Shown piece after piece: positions 40,204-49,294 of a DNA stretch of 64,000 nucleotides (its first letter is position 1; every line of letters starts with the position of its first letter). This stretch comes from Gemmatimonadota bacterium (lineage in GTDB: Bacteria; Gemmatimonadota; Gemmatimonadetes; Gemmatimonadales; Gemmatimonadaceae): positions 7,061 through 71,060 of the forward strand of contig JAJPIS010000070.1 in NCBI GenBank assembly GCA_021324635.1. Reading direction: 5' to 3'. Under the pieces are notes generated by a model. That model was given only the letters and a program-made list of their open reading frames with translations. It did not search any database and was not told the origin of the DNA. A program made the translations under genes and the position numbers.

Positions 40204-40602
40204 ATGCCGCTCACCGACCATCAGCGTGACCATCTTGCCCGGCGCCTTCGCGAGGAGCGCGAGCGCATCGACCGTGAGCTCGCACGATATGGCGAGCGGT
40301 TCGATACCACCGATCAGGACGCTTCCGGCGACCTCACGAAGCTGCCGTTCCATCAGGCCGACGAGGGGACGGACACCTACGATCGGGAGTTCGACGCCCA
40401 GGAGGTCACGCGGCTGAGTCGGGAGCGGGAGGAGATCGACGACGCGCTGGAGCGGCTGTATCACGACCCGGCGCGCTACGGCCGGGACGAGCGGACCGGC
40501 GAGGAGATTCCGTTCGAGCGCCTGGACGTGATCCCCTGGGCCCGCACGCGCATCGACCGCCGCCCCCGCCCGGCGGCCGGCGAGGCCGACCGCTCGATCT
40601 GA
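40204..40602 (+). CDS. DksA/TraR/YteA-like protein lacking the Cys4 finger
   Basis: HQADEGTD...EIDDALERL...YGRDERTGEEIPFERL..IPWART; no cysteines. Confidence 0.8.
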   Translation: MPLTDHQRDHLARRLREERERIDRELARYGERFDTTDQDASGDLTKLPFHQADEGTDTYDREFDAQEVTRLSREREEIDDALERLYHDPARYGRDERTGEEIPFERLDVIPWARTRIDRRPRPAAGEADRSI

Positions 40603-40640
40603 GACAGGCGCCGGCGAGTTCTGCTCAGGTCGGCGGCTCG

Positions 40641-40666
40641 GAGTTACATTGCAAGCATTGTAACTC
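40641..40666. promoter_or_regulatory. Inverted repeat GAGTTACA-N10-TGTAACTC, candidate TA operator
   Basis: Perfect 8-bp arms just upstream of the GAGGAG RBS of the DUF433-like gene. Confidence 0.6.
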
Positions 40667-40679
40667 GCGAGGAGCGACG

Positions 40680-41096
40680 ATGTCCAAAGTCGTCAGCCTG
40701 CGGTTCCACGACCGGCAATTCGCGCGGCTTCGGCGGTTTGCCCGGCGCTTGGGACGAACGCCGAGCGAGACGGGAGCGTTGCTCGTCGAGGAAGCTCTCC
40801 GGCGGGCGGAATTCGCCCACATCGACTTCCGGGATTCGCCGGCGGGGCGACAGGCCTACATCATCGGAACGGGGCTCGCCGTCTGGGAAGTGGTGCTGAT
40901 CGCGCGGCATTACGACGTGGATGAAGCGCGGACGGCGGCGCACCTCGAGTGGCCGATCGCGAAGGTGCGCGCGGCGCTCCTGTACGCGGCCGCCTTCCCC
41001 CAGGAGATCGACGAGATCCTGGAGGAGCTGGCGGACACGGACCTGGCCGCGCTGACCCGGATGGTGCCGGAGACGGCCGCGTTCGTCGTGCGGTAA
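40680..41096 (+). CDS. DUF433-like antitoxin with N-terminal RHH-like region
   Basis: I.FRDSPAGRQAYI.GTGLAVWEV...VRAALLYAAAFPQEID. Confidence 0.8.
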   Translation: MSKVVSLRFHDRQFARLRRFARRLGRTPSETGALLVEEALRRAEFAHIDFRDSPAGRQAYIIGTGLAVWEVVLIARHYDVDEARTAAHLEWPIAKVRAALLYAAAFPQEIDEILEELADTDLAALTRMVPETAAFVVR

Positions 41097-41112
41097 GGCG
41101 CTGCGCCCGCGT

Positions 41113-41505
41113 GTGCGGTTGCGTGTGCGCCCGCTCCTGGACGAGCACCTGTCGCCGACGGTGGCGGCGCAGCTCGGGCGCCGTCAGCCGACGTTGCTCG
41201 TCACCACGGTGGCTCACTGGGAGCGCGGGGCGTACCTTGGCGCGCCGGCCGCCGTGCTCTTGCGGGCCGCCGCGGCCGCCGGGTTGACACTCGTCACGTA
41301 CGATCTCCGAACGATTCCTCTACTGCTGAAGTCGTGGGCCGAGGCCGGTGCTGCGCACGGCGGAGTCATCTTCATCGACGCGCGGACCCTGAAGCCGGAC
41401 GACGTCGGAGGACTCGTGCGCGCGCTCGCCCAGCTCGTCGCCAAGCTGGGCGACCTGGAGTGGCAGGACCGCGCCGTCTATCTGACCCGACTGACCCGAG
41501 CGTGA
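41113..41505 (+). CDS. DUF5615 (VapC45-like) PIN protein
   Basis: LLDEHLS, LTLVTYD, HGGVIF; follows the DUF433-like gene. Confidence 0.8.
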   Translation: MRLRVRPLLDEHLSPTVAAQLGRRQPTLLVTTVAHWERGAYLGAPAAVLLRAAAAAGLTLVTYDLRTIPLLLKSWAEAGAAHGGVIFIDARTLKPDDVGGLVRALAQLVAKLGDLEWQDRAVYLTRLTRA

Positions 41506-41655
41506 CGCTGCCGGCGATGCCAGCGTCGACCGCCACGTGCTTTACACGCGGAAGCTGGCGCCAACGGCACCCACGGCACCCACGGCGCGCATGCCACGTC
41601 GACCGTGACGGCGGACACCGACGTCACCGCCCAACGGCGGTGATCCGGTGAGAGA

Positions 41656-42630
41656 TCACGGGGGGACGATCCCGAGCTCCTCGGCGAGGAACTGAATGCG
41701 GTCGACACGCGCTTGCGGGTCATTGAACTCGTGGCTGGAATAGTACCAGCGCTGCGTTTTCGGCTCGCCGGCGGCCGCGTAGTATCGGCTCGCGGCGCCC
41801 GGCGAGATGTAGCGGTCCACTCGGGCCCACTGGAAGAAAAGGTGCGCCGGCGCGGAACGCGAAACGAAATGCACCGGGTTGATCGGCTCCATCGCGGTCT
41901 CGTACGCCGCGCGCTCGGGAGCTGGCCGGGCGGTGAGATCGCGCCGGATCACCGGGTCCGGGAAGTCGGTATCCGTCAGCGTCGGCAGGCCGCCCATGAG
42001 CACAAACGCCCTGATCCGGTGCTCGACGCCGGCAACCACACCGCCCCAGGTGGCGCCCAGGCTATGGCCCACATAGCCGATCCGGGCCGAGTCCACCGTC
42101 GGATCCGCGACGAGGAGATCGACGCCGCGTCGGATGTCGACGACGAGCTGCTCGTACCCGGCGCGTTCAGCCGCGGGTCCCTGCCGAGCGCGGTTGGGGT
42201 CGTCGAGCCGATTGAACGGCGCATCGATCAGCAGGGACTCCACCCCGCGCGGCGCCAGCGCGACGGCTTCCGCCAGGAACTCCGATCGATTCCCCTGCCC
42301 CCAGTGCACGAACACAACGCCGGCTCGGCGCGTTCTGCCGGGCGCGGCGCCCGCCGGAGCTACCAGGTAGGCGGGCACTCGACCGCCCCTGGGGCTCGTG
42401 TAGGAGATGTCCCGGACGACGGCGGAGCCGACCACCGTGGAGTCCTGCTGGCGGACATCGAGCGGGGCGCTCCGATCGTACGCGAAGGCGTCACCCGCTC
42501 CCGGCGCGTGCTGTGCCCGTGCGATGCCGGCACCGGCGAGGATCATCGATAAACGCGCGGCCCACCGCAACGAAAATGATGGCAAGGTCGGTCTCCTGAG
42601 CTTCGATGGGGTGGGGTCGGCCGGCGGCAT
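41656..42630 (-). CDS. Secreted alpha/beta hydrolase
   Basis: RVPAYLV.P, HWGQG, GHSLGA, C-terminal His. Confidence 0.85.
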   Translation of the reverse strand: MPPADPTPSKLRRPTLPSFSLRWAARLSMILAGAGIARAQHAPGAGDAFAYDRSAPLDVRQQDSTVVGSAVVRDISYTSPRGGRVPAYLVAPAGAAPGRTRRAGVVFVHWGQGNRSEFLAEAVALAPRGVESLLIDAPFNRLDDPNRARQGPAAERAGYEQLVVDIRRGVDLLVADPTVDSARIGYVGHSLGATWGGVVAGVEHRIRAFVLMGGLPTLTDTDFPDPVIRRDLTARPAPERAAYETAMEPINPVHFVSRSAPAHLFFQWARVDRYISPGAASRYYAAAGEPKTQRWYYSSHEFNDPQARVDRIQFLAEELGIVPP

Positions 42631-42656
42631 CGGTGGAGGGATTCGCGCGCGGCGGC

Positions 42657-43394
42657 TCAGCGCTGGGCGTCCGTGGCGACGCCCGGCAGGGATGTGGTCA
42701 CTCGTCCGGCGCTGTCGAGGAAGTCGATCCGCGGCGAGCCGGCGGAGTCCACCACGAGACGCAGCCGGGAGCGGCCTCGCGGGTCGGCGAGAACGACCGT
42801 CGCCGCGCGGTCCGGGGTCTTCCCGGCGAAGAGGCGCGTCGCGCCGGTCAGCGCTTGGAGCGCCTGCATGGCCCGCGTCCGCGTCGGGCCGTCCGGCATG
42901 CGGCGGATCGCCGCCATCGAGTCGAGCATCCGGTCGATCGGCATCCCGTCGGGGCGGTCCCACACGTGTAGCCCCGCGGTCCGCCTCCCGTTCTGATCCT
43001 GGTACTCGAGCCCGACGGTCTGATCCTGCCCGTACTGGTCGAACATCAGCTCACCCGACGCCTCATAGGCGCTGTCCCGGTGCGTGGCGCCGTACGAGAT
43101 CCCGCCATCCTCGGTCCCCTCCTCGTTGAAGAAGAGGAGTCCCGCCTGCCCGCGCGCGTACGGGTACTCCTTGCCCTTGATGATGACGCCGGGATACCGC
43201 GCTCGGTTGGAGAGCACGAGGCGGATGGTCCCGTTCGTGTCCACGACGTTGATGCGCTCGACCGTGATCTCCTGGAAGCGCGTCGCGTCACGCGATGAGC
43301 GAAAGGCCGACACCCCGAGCACGAGCAGCGCGAGCGTCGTGACGAGCGCGTACGCCTGGAGGACGCGCACGTCGCGACGGAGATCGGTGGTCAC
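42657..43394 (-). CDS. Conserved hypothetical protein
   Basis: GGAGGA RBS and GTG; N-terminal TM; FQEITVERINVV, FDQY.QDQ. Confidence 0.75.
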   Translation of the reverse strand: MTTDLRRDVRVLQAYALVTTLALLVLGVSAFRSSRDATRFQEITVERINVVDTNGTIRLVLSNRARYPGVIIKGKEYPYARGQAGLLFFNEEGTEDGGISYGATHRDSAYEASGELMFDQYGQDQTVGLEYQDQNGRRTAGLHVWDRPDGMPIDRMLDSMAAIRRMPDGPTRTRAMQALQALTGATRLFAGKTPDRAATVVLADPRGRSRLRLVVDSAGSPRIDFLDSAGRVTTSLPGVATDAQR

Positions 43395-43503
43395 ATGTCC
43401 TCCCTCGAGAGTGGAGATGGTCGGGGCCCGGATGCAGTGCGGCGAGACGGAGCGCGCGGCGGCACCGCGCCGGGCGAGCGAGGGGCGAGCCGGCCGAGAT
43501 GAA

Positions 43504-43785
43504 CTAGCCGCCGGAGACCGCGGGCAGGATGTACACCTCACTACCGTCGGCCACCGGGGCGTCGAGACCCTGATGCTTGCGGACGATCTCCTGGCCGACG
43601 AAGAGATTCACGTGCGGCCGGACCTCGTTCGTCTCGGTGATCACCCGATCGTAGACACCCGGCCAGCGCGCACGGATGGCGCGCATGACGCCGCCGACCG
43701 TCGCCGGGGCCGGGTCCAGCTCCAGCACACCCGTCCCCGCCGCCAGCGGCTGGAGCACCGACGGGAGCACGACGCGGACAGCCAC
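43504..43785 (-). CDS. MoaD/ThiS family ubiquitin-like protein
   Basis: RPHVNLFV...ILPAVSGG, C-terminal GG. Confidence 0.9.
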   Translation of the reverse strand: MAVRVVLPSVLQPLAAGTGVLELDPAPATVGGVMRAIRARWPGVYDRVITETNEVRPHVNLFVGQEIVRKHQGLDAPVADGSEVYILPAVSGG

Positions 43786-45080
43786 TAGCGCGCGCTCCTG
43801 GCCGACGTCCGAGCGCGCTTCCCGATCGAGCGTGCCCGAGCCCCGGAGGATCGTCGCTGCGTTGCCGCCACCTGCTTCCCGGTGCGCCCGCGCGCGCGCA
43901 GCGCCGACCCGGTTGCCCGGTGCGCGGCGGCCGCCGAGCGCGTTGCCGCCTGTGCCGGCGCCGCCAGCGTCGCTGCCTTGACGCAGACGACCGGAGGCAG
44001 ACCACCGGCGATGAGCGTCCATGACATCCCGCCGTCGCGCGCGCCGAAGAGCTTTCCGCTCCGCGTCCCGAAGTAGATCCCCGCCGGCTCGCCGGCGTCC
44101 GCGCCCATGGCATCACGGAGCACCGTCTCGAACGCACCCTCCTGCGGCAGCCCGCGGCTCAGCGCCTGCCACGACCCGCCGCCGTCGCGCGTCCGATAGA
44201 CCCGGAGCTTCGCCTCGGGGACGCAGCGGAACATGTCACTCTCGAGCGGCAGGATGTACACCGTGTCGGGATCGTGGGGGTGCATCGCCATCGCGAACCC
44301 GAAATCCGATGGCACATCGCGGGCGATGTCGTGCCACGTGTCGCCCCAGTCGTCGCTCCGGTACAGTCCCCAATGGTTCTGGAGGTAGAGCCGCTCGGGG
44401 CGTGCGGGATGGTGCACGACCTTGTGGACGCACTGCCCGAACTCCGGATGCTTGTCCGGGAGGAACTGGGCGCGCACTCCGACATTTCGCGCCCGCCAGG
44501 TGCGGCCCGCGTCGTCCGTGCGATAGACACCGCCGGTCGAGATCGCGACCAGCATCCGGCGAGCGTTCGTCGGGTCGCGCACGATCGTGTGCAGGCAGAG
44601 CCCTCCGCCGCCGGGTGCCCACTGTCGGCGATGGGGGTGTTCGAGCAGCCCGAGCACGGGCGACCAGGACCGGCCGCGATCCGTGGACTGGAAGAGCGCC
44701 GCCGGCTCGACACCGCAGTACAGCTGATCGGGATTCGCCGCGCCGTCGGTCGCGATCTGCCAGATGCGCTTGAGCGAGAGGCCGGACCCTTCGGGGAACT
44801 TGACCAGCGCCTCGGTGGGCACCGCCCAGGTGGCGCCCAGGTCGTCGCTCGTCGCGAGGTTCGCGCCCCAGTGTGGGCTGTCCGTCGAGGCCCACAGTCG
44901 CGGCCGCGGGCCACGCGCGTCGCAGGCCATGGCGTAGATCGAGCTCCCCCGAAAGTGCGGCCCGCTCATCGTCCATCTGCGCCGATCGTCGGTGCGAAAG
45001 ACAAAGGCGCCCTTGGTCGTGCCGACCATGAGCAGCGTGGCGGTCGCATCGTTCGCGGACCGGCGCGATCGGGTCGCCAT
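43785..45080 (-). CDS. BNR/Asp-box beta-propeller protein
   Basis: VGTTKG; repeated S.D.G.TW boxes; GGGGLCLH; GQCVHK. Confidence 0.88.
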   Translation of the reverse strand: MATRSRRSANDATATLLMVGTTKGAFVFRTDDRRRWTMSGPHFRGSSIYAMACDARGPRPRLWASTDSPHWGANLATSDDLGATWAVPTEALVKFPEGSGLSLKRIWQIATDGAANPDQLYCGVEPAALFQSTDRGRSWSPVLGLLEHPHRRQWAPGGGGLCLHTIVRDPTNARRMLVAISTGGVYRTDDAGRTWRARNVGVRAQFLPDKHPEFGQCVHKVVHHPARPERLYLQNHWGLYRSDDWGDTWHDIARDVPSDFGFAMAMHPHDPDTVYILPLESDMFRCVPEAKLRVYRTRDGGGSWQALSRGLPQEGAFETVLRDAMGADAGEPAGIYFGTRSGKLFGARDGGMSWTLIAGGLPPVVCVKAATLAAPAQAATRSAAAAHRATGSALRARGRTGKQVAATQRRSSGARARSIGKRARTSARSAR

Positions 45081-45208
45081 CTCGAGCCTCGGCGTGAGGG
45101 GGTGGGAATGGTCCCGGACGGTCCCCGGACGGGCTCTAGGTATGGCGTTGAAGCGGGGCGAACGCAAGATGCACGACGCACCCCGACGCCCGTGGCAGTC
45201 CGGTCCGC

Positions 45209-45976
45209 TCAGCGATGCTGCGGGGCGGCGGGCGTCTTGCCCGGGGCGCTCATCTGCGCCGGCACCTCGGCGTACCCCGCCGGCGCGATGAAGGTCGAGT
45301 CCGGGGGCGGCGTCCGATCGATCCTGGTCGCCTCGAGGTCGACCACGGGCTTCCCGTCGACAATGCGCGACGACTCGAGGACGCCGCGGCCGCCCTTGAG
45401 CACATCGCGAAGCGCCGCGAGCCGCGCGCCCGCCGCGCCGCCGTGCGTCACCGTGCCGGCTGGCAGGTCGAACGGCGAGAGCCCGACGCCCGATGCGACA
45501 CACACCTCCCCGGTGTCAGCGGTCCCGCCGGTCACGCCGGCCCCACGGTACACATCACAGCGCACGCCGGCGATCGTCTGCGAGCGGCCGGTCCGCGTCA
45601 TCGAGAGAGTGGCGCCGCCGTCCGTGCCCGCGCCCGGCGCCTGGTGCGCCGCCACGGTGTCGGCCTGCGCCTGGAGCTGCTCCCTGGAGATGCGGACGAA
45701 CACGCGCTGCGCGGGGAGCACGAGGATCGCGCTCCCGCTGGACTGGTCGTAGATCATTCCGCCGCGACTGGCCGTCGAGTCCCCACGACCGCCAAACCCC
45801 TCGATCCGGACCTTCGATCCCTTCTGCGACTCGACGAGCACGCCGCCCGCGCTGTCCGGGCCATGCGTCCGGTACGTGATTGTGCCACTGAATCCGGTCT
45901 GCGCACGCGACGCCCGCGGACCGGCTGCCGCGAGCGCGGCGGCCGCGCCGACCACCATCATGCCCCATCTACGCAT
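45209..45976 (-). CDS. DUF4412-like secreted protein
   Basis: Signal peptide, FSGTITY, TG..QTIAG..C, F..PAGY. Confidence 0.8.
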   Translation of the reverse strand: MRRWGMMVVGAAAALAAAGPRASRAQTGFSGTITYRTHGPDSAGGVLVESQKGSKVRIEGFGGRGDSTASRGGMIYDQSSGSAILVLPAQRVFVRISREQLQAQADTVAAHQAPGAGTDGGATLSMTRTGRSQTIAGVRCDVYRGAGVTGGTADTGEVCVASGVGLSPFDLPAGTVTHGGAAGARLAALRDVLKGGRGVLESSRIVDGKPVVDLEATRIDRTPPPDSTFIAPAGYAEVPAQMSAPGKTPAAPQHR

Positions 45977-46124
45977 GAGCTTCCTCGTCTCGCGGTGTGG
46001 AAAGACGACGCCACGAAGGTGGTACGTCCGAGGCCATCAGGCCGATGGCACGAGAGGGCAAGAATCGTGTCGCCGAGGGGCCTGCCCTGCCGGGGCCGGC
46101 AGGGCTACCCACCTCACAGGGCCC

Positions 46125-47216
46125 TCAGTGTGTCGTCCGTGAGTACCCGATGCCGTCGGACCACGTCCCCGTCGGCATCGTCGCGACGACAGTGCGGGTC
46201 GCAATATCGACTGCCGCGGCGAGGTTCCGACCCTGGAGTGTGACGTAGACGGTCCGCCCGTCCGGCGTCACGATGAGTCCTTCCGGGCAGGGCGAGCCCG
46301 GGAACTCGGCGGTCGGCACGATCCCCTCCGCCGGGAAGGTGACGCGTCCCACCTCCGCACGCGTCGCGATGTCGATGAAGCGGACGGCGCCGCCCGCCGG
46401 GTCGGTGATGATCGCCGTCCGACCGTCGGAGGTCACCGCAAGACGGTACGGGAACCCGAAGCCGCCGATCGTGTCCGTGACGGTGCCCGACGCGGTCCGC
46501 ACGATGCTGACGGTCTTCACCGAGTCACTCCCGACCCAGACCTGATCGCCGGACGGCGTCACGGCGATCCCCTCGACGCGCGCGGCGACCGGCATCGTCC
46601 GCACGAACGCGTGCCCCTCGACGTCCAGCTCGGAGATCGTACCGTCGCCGACGTTGCTGGTGAAGGCGCGCCGACCATCGGCCGTGAGCGCCACCATGTG
46701 CGAGACGCGACCGTTGGTCGGGATGGTCGCATCCACGGTCCCCCGCGCGAGGTTCACGAGGAGCACAGCCTGGTTCGCCTGGGCGGTGACCAGCAGGGTC
46801 GTGTCGCCCGGGAGGAAGGCCGATCCGTGCGGGCGATGGTAGGGTCCGAGGTCGATCGTCCGCGTGACGACGGGCGTCGGGGGCGCGAGATCGATCACCG
46901 TGAGGGTGTTGCCCGGTGTCTCGCGCGGTCCGTAGTTGGAGACGATGGCCCAGCGGCCGTCATGCGAGACCGCGACCTCGTGCGGCGCCGCCCCCGTGGC
47001 GAGTGTCGCCAGCGTGCGCCGCGAGGCGAGATCGATCACGGTCGCGGTGTTGTCGTTCATGTTCGTGACGACGAGTGTCCCCCGGAGCGCCGCCGGCGCG
47101 ACGGGCGCCGCCGCCCGCCGGCCTGCGGTGTCCCCGGCCGGTGACCGAGTCCCGAGGGTGACGGCGACCGGCGCCAGGGCGATGAGCGATGCAACCACGG
47201 GGCGCGCAGGCGACAT
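46125..47216 (-). CDS. YncE/YVTN beta-propeller protein
   Basis: VVTN..DNT..VID, G..PHEVAVS.DG repeats. Confidence 0.85.
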   Translation of the reverse strand: MSPARPVVASLIALAPVAVTLGTRSPAGDTAGRRAAAPVAPAALRGTLVVTNMNDNTATVIDLASRRTLATLATGAAPHEVAVSHDGRWAIVSNYGPRETPGNTLTVIDLAPPTPVVTRTIDLGPYHRPHGSAFLPGDTTLLVTAQANQAVLLVNLARGTVDATIPTNGRVSHMVALTADGRRAFTSNVGDGTISELDVEGHAFVRTMPVAARVEGIAVTPSGDQVWVGSDSVKTVSIVRTASGTVTDTIGGFGFPYRLAVTSDGRTAIITDPAGGAVRFIDIATRAEVGRVTFPAEGIVPTAEFPGSPCPEGLIVTPDGRTVYVTLQGRNLAAAVDIATRTVVATMPTGTWSDGIGYSRTTH

Positions 47217-47317
47217 CGGGTCCTCCACGGAAAGGAGAAGGTCAGCGGCGTTCGGCGCCGGCTCGCCGCTGTTCCGAATTGGTCACCTGCCGGGCGTCCG
47301 GGGGTGCCACACGTCGG

Positions 47318-48712
47318 TCAGCCCGCGGCTGCGTCCCGGGCGATGCGCACGACGGCCTCCAGGCTACGATCGATGTCGTCGTCGGTCGCCTCGTGAGAGG
47401 AGACGCTGATGCGCATCGCGGTGTGCCCCTGCCATTCCGTGCCGCCGCACCAGCAGGTGCCGTCCTTCTGGATCGCCGCGATCACGCGGCGTGTGACCGC
47501 CGGCTCGCCGAACGAGACGAGCACCTGGTTCACCACGACATCGTTCAGGACGCGGACGCCCGCTCGCGCCAGTCCGTCCGCGAACCGGGCGGCGAGCCGA
47601 CAGTTGCGCTCGACCATCTCGGCGAGCCCCGAGCGGCCGAGCGACCGGAGCGCAGCCCAGATCTCGACGCCACGCGCGCGTCGCGACGCCTCGGGCGTGT
47701 AGTAGGCCGGCTCACGAGTCCCGGTCGTGGGCAAGTAGGCCGCGCTCACCGCCATGGCCTGACGGAGATGCTCGGGGTCGCGTACCAGCGCGAGTCCGGA
47801 ATCGTACGGCACGTTCAACCACTTGTGGCAGTCCGTCGCCCATGAATCCGCCTCGGCGAACCCGTCCATGAGGTACCGTCGCCTGGGCGCGGCCGCGACC
47901 CAGAGGCCGAAGGCGCCGTCCACGTGGACCCACGCGCCGCGTGACCGGGCGACCGGGCAGATGTCGGCCGCTGGATCGAACGCGCCGGTGTTGACGTTGC
48001 CGGCCTGGATGCACACGATCGTCCGGTCGTCGAGCACCGGGAGCTCGCGCGCGCGGATCCGGCCCTGGCTGTCGACCGGCACGCGCGTGACACGCGACCG
48101 GCCGAGCCCCAACAGGGCCAGCGCCTTGAGCAGCGACACGTGCACTTCGCCCCCGACCACGACGCTCAGCTCCGGGGCGCCGAACAGGCCCCGCTCCTCG
48201 GGGTCCCACCCGGCGCGGCGGAGCAGGGCCGTCCGGGCCGCCGCCAGGCAACTGAAGTTGGCCATGGTCGCGCCGGTCACGAAGCCGGCGCCGCTCGTCG
48301 CCGGCAGGTCGAAGATCTCCCGCAGCCACCCGAGCGCGATCTCCTCCAGCGCGGCGGCGACCGGCGACATGACCGCCAACGCGGCGTTCTGGTCCCAGGC
48401 GCCGGCCAACCAATTGGCCGCCAACGCGGCCGGCAACGTGCCGCCGTTGACGAAACCGAAGTACCGGCCGCTGGGCGACGTGACGGTCGCCGGTGAGCCG
48501 ATGTCGTCGAGCAGTCGAATGACCTCCGACGGCTCGGACGGCCCCGAGGGGAACGGGCCGCCCAGATCCCGGAGCCGGCCGACGTCCTCGACACTCGGCG
48601 CCACTCGGCGCGCCGGGACCGAGGCGAGATACGCCGTCGCCCGGCCCGCCACGTCCTCCAGCACATCGCGCAGCGCGCTGCGCACGCTCGGCCCCACGAC
48701 TCGCGATGTCAT
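47318..48712 (-). CDS. Group II PLP-dependent amino acid decarboxylase
   Basis: TGATMAN, HVDGAFG, ADSWATDCHKWLNVPYDSG. Confidence 0.92.
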   Translation of the reverse strand: MTSRVVGPSVRSALRDVLEDVAGRATAYLASVPARRVAPSVEDVGRLRDLGGPFPSGPSEPSEVIRLLDDIGSPATVTSPSGRYFGFVNGGTLPAALAANWLAGAWDQNAALAVMSPVAAALEEIALGWLREIFDLPATSGAGFVTGATMANFSCLAAARTALLRRAGWDPEERGLFGAPELSVVVGGEVHVSLLKALALLGLGRSRVTRVPVDSQGRIRARELPVLDDRTIVCIQAGNVNTGAFDPAADICPVARSRGAWVHVDGAFGLWVAAAPRRRYLMDGFAEADSWATDCHKWLNVPYDSGLALVRDPEHLRQAMAVSAAYLPTTGTREPAYYTPEASRRARGVEIWAALRSLGRSGLAEMVERNCRLAARFADGLARAGVRVLNDVVVNQVLVSFGEPAVTRRVIAAIQKDGTCWCGGTEWQGHTAMRISVSSHEATDDDIDRSLEAVVRIARDAAAG

Positions 48713-48814
48713 CCCGTCCCTCGTATGTTGGGACCCGGGCCCGTTCAGCCCCTGCGGAACGGGGGAGCCCCCACGTGGTCGAATCTACCGACCGACAGCC
48801 CCGGGTGCGCGGCG

Positions 48815-49291
48815 ATGCTCGTCATGCTACGGGATCTCGTCCAGCACAAAGGGTACGCCAACGCATCCCTGCTTCGTGCCGTGCGCGAGCATCCGACCGC
48901 GGCGGACGACGATGAGCTGCGGCGGCTCCTGCACCACATCATTCTGGCGAATCGGTTCTGGGTCTATCTCACCATCGCGCGGCCGTTCGCCGACGAGGTA
49001 CCGCGAGTCCCCGATTCGCTCGACACGGTCGTGCAGGAGTACCGCGAGCTGCACGCCGACGAGTGGGCATGGCTCTCGCAGGCTGGGGACGCCGATCTCG
49101 CCCGGGCCCTGGAGTCACCGTTCATCCCCGGACGCCGCGTCTCGGTCGCGCAGGCATGGATGCAGGTGTGCCTGCACAGTCACGGACACCGCGCCCAGTG
49201 CGCAACCCGACTCCGGTCGCTGGGTGGCGCGCCGCCGATGATGGACTTCGTGAGCTGGCTGACGGAGCGCCGACCCGCCGACTGGTCGTAG
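48815..49291 (+). CDS. DinB family protein
   Basis: LHHIILA...W, HSHGHRAQ. Confidence 0.85.
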   Translation: MLVMLRDLVQHKGYANASLLRAVREHPTAADDDELRRLLHHIILANRFWVYLTIARPFADEVPRVPDSLDTVVQEYRELHADEWAWLSQAGDADLARALESPFIPGRRVSVAQAWMQVCLHSHGHRAQCATRLRSLGGAPPMMDFVSWLTERRPADWS

Positions 49292-49294
49292 CCC

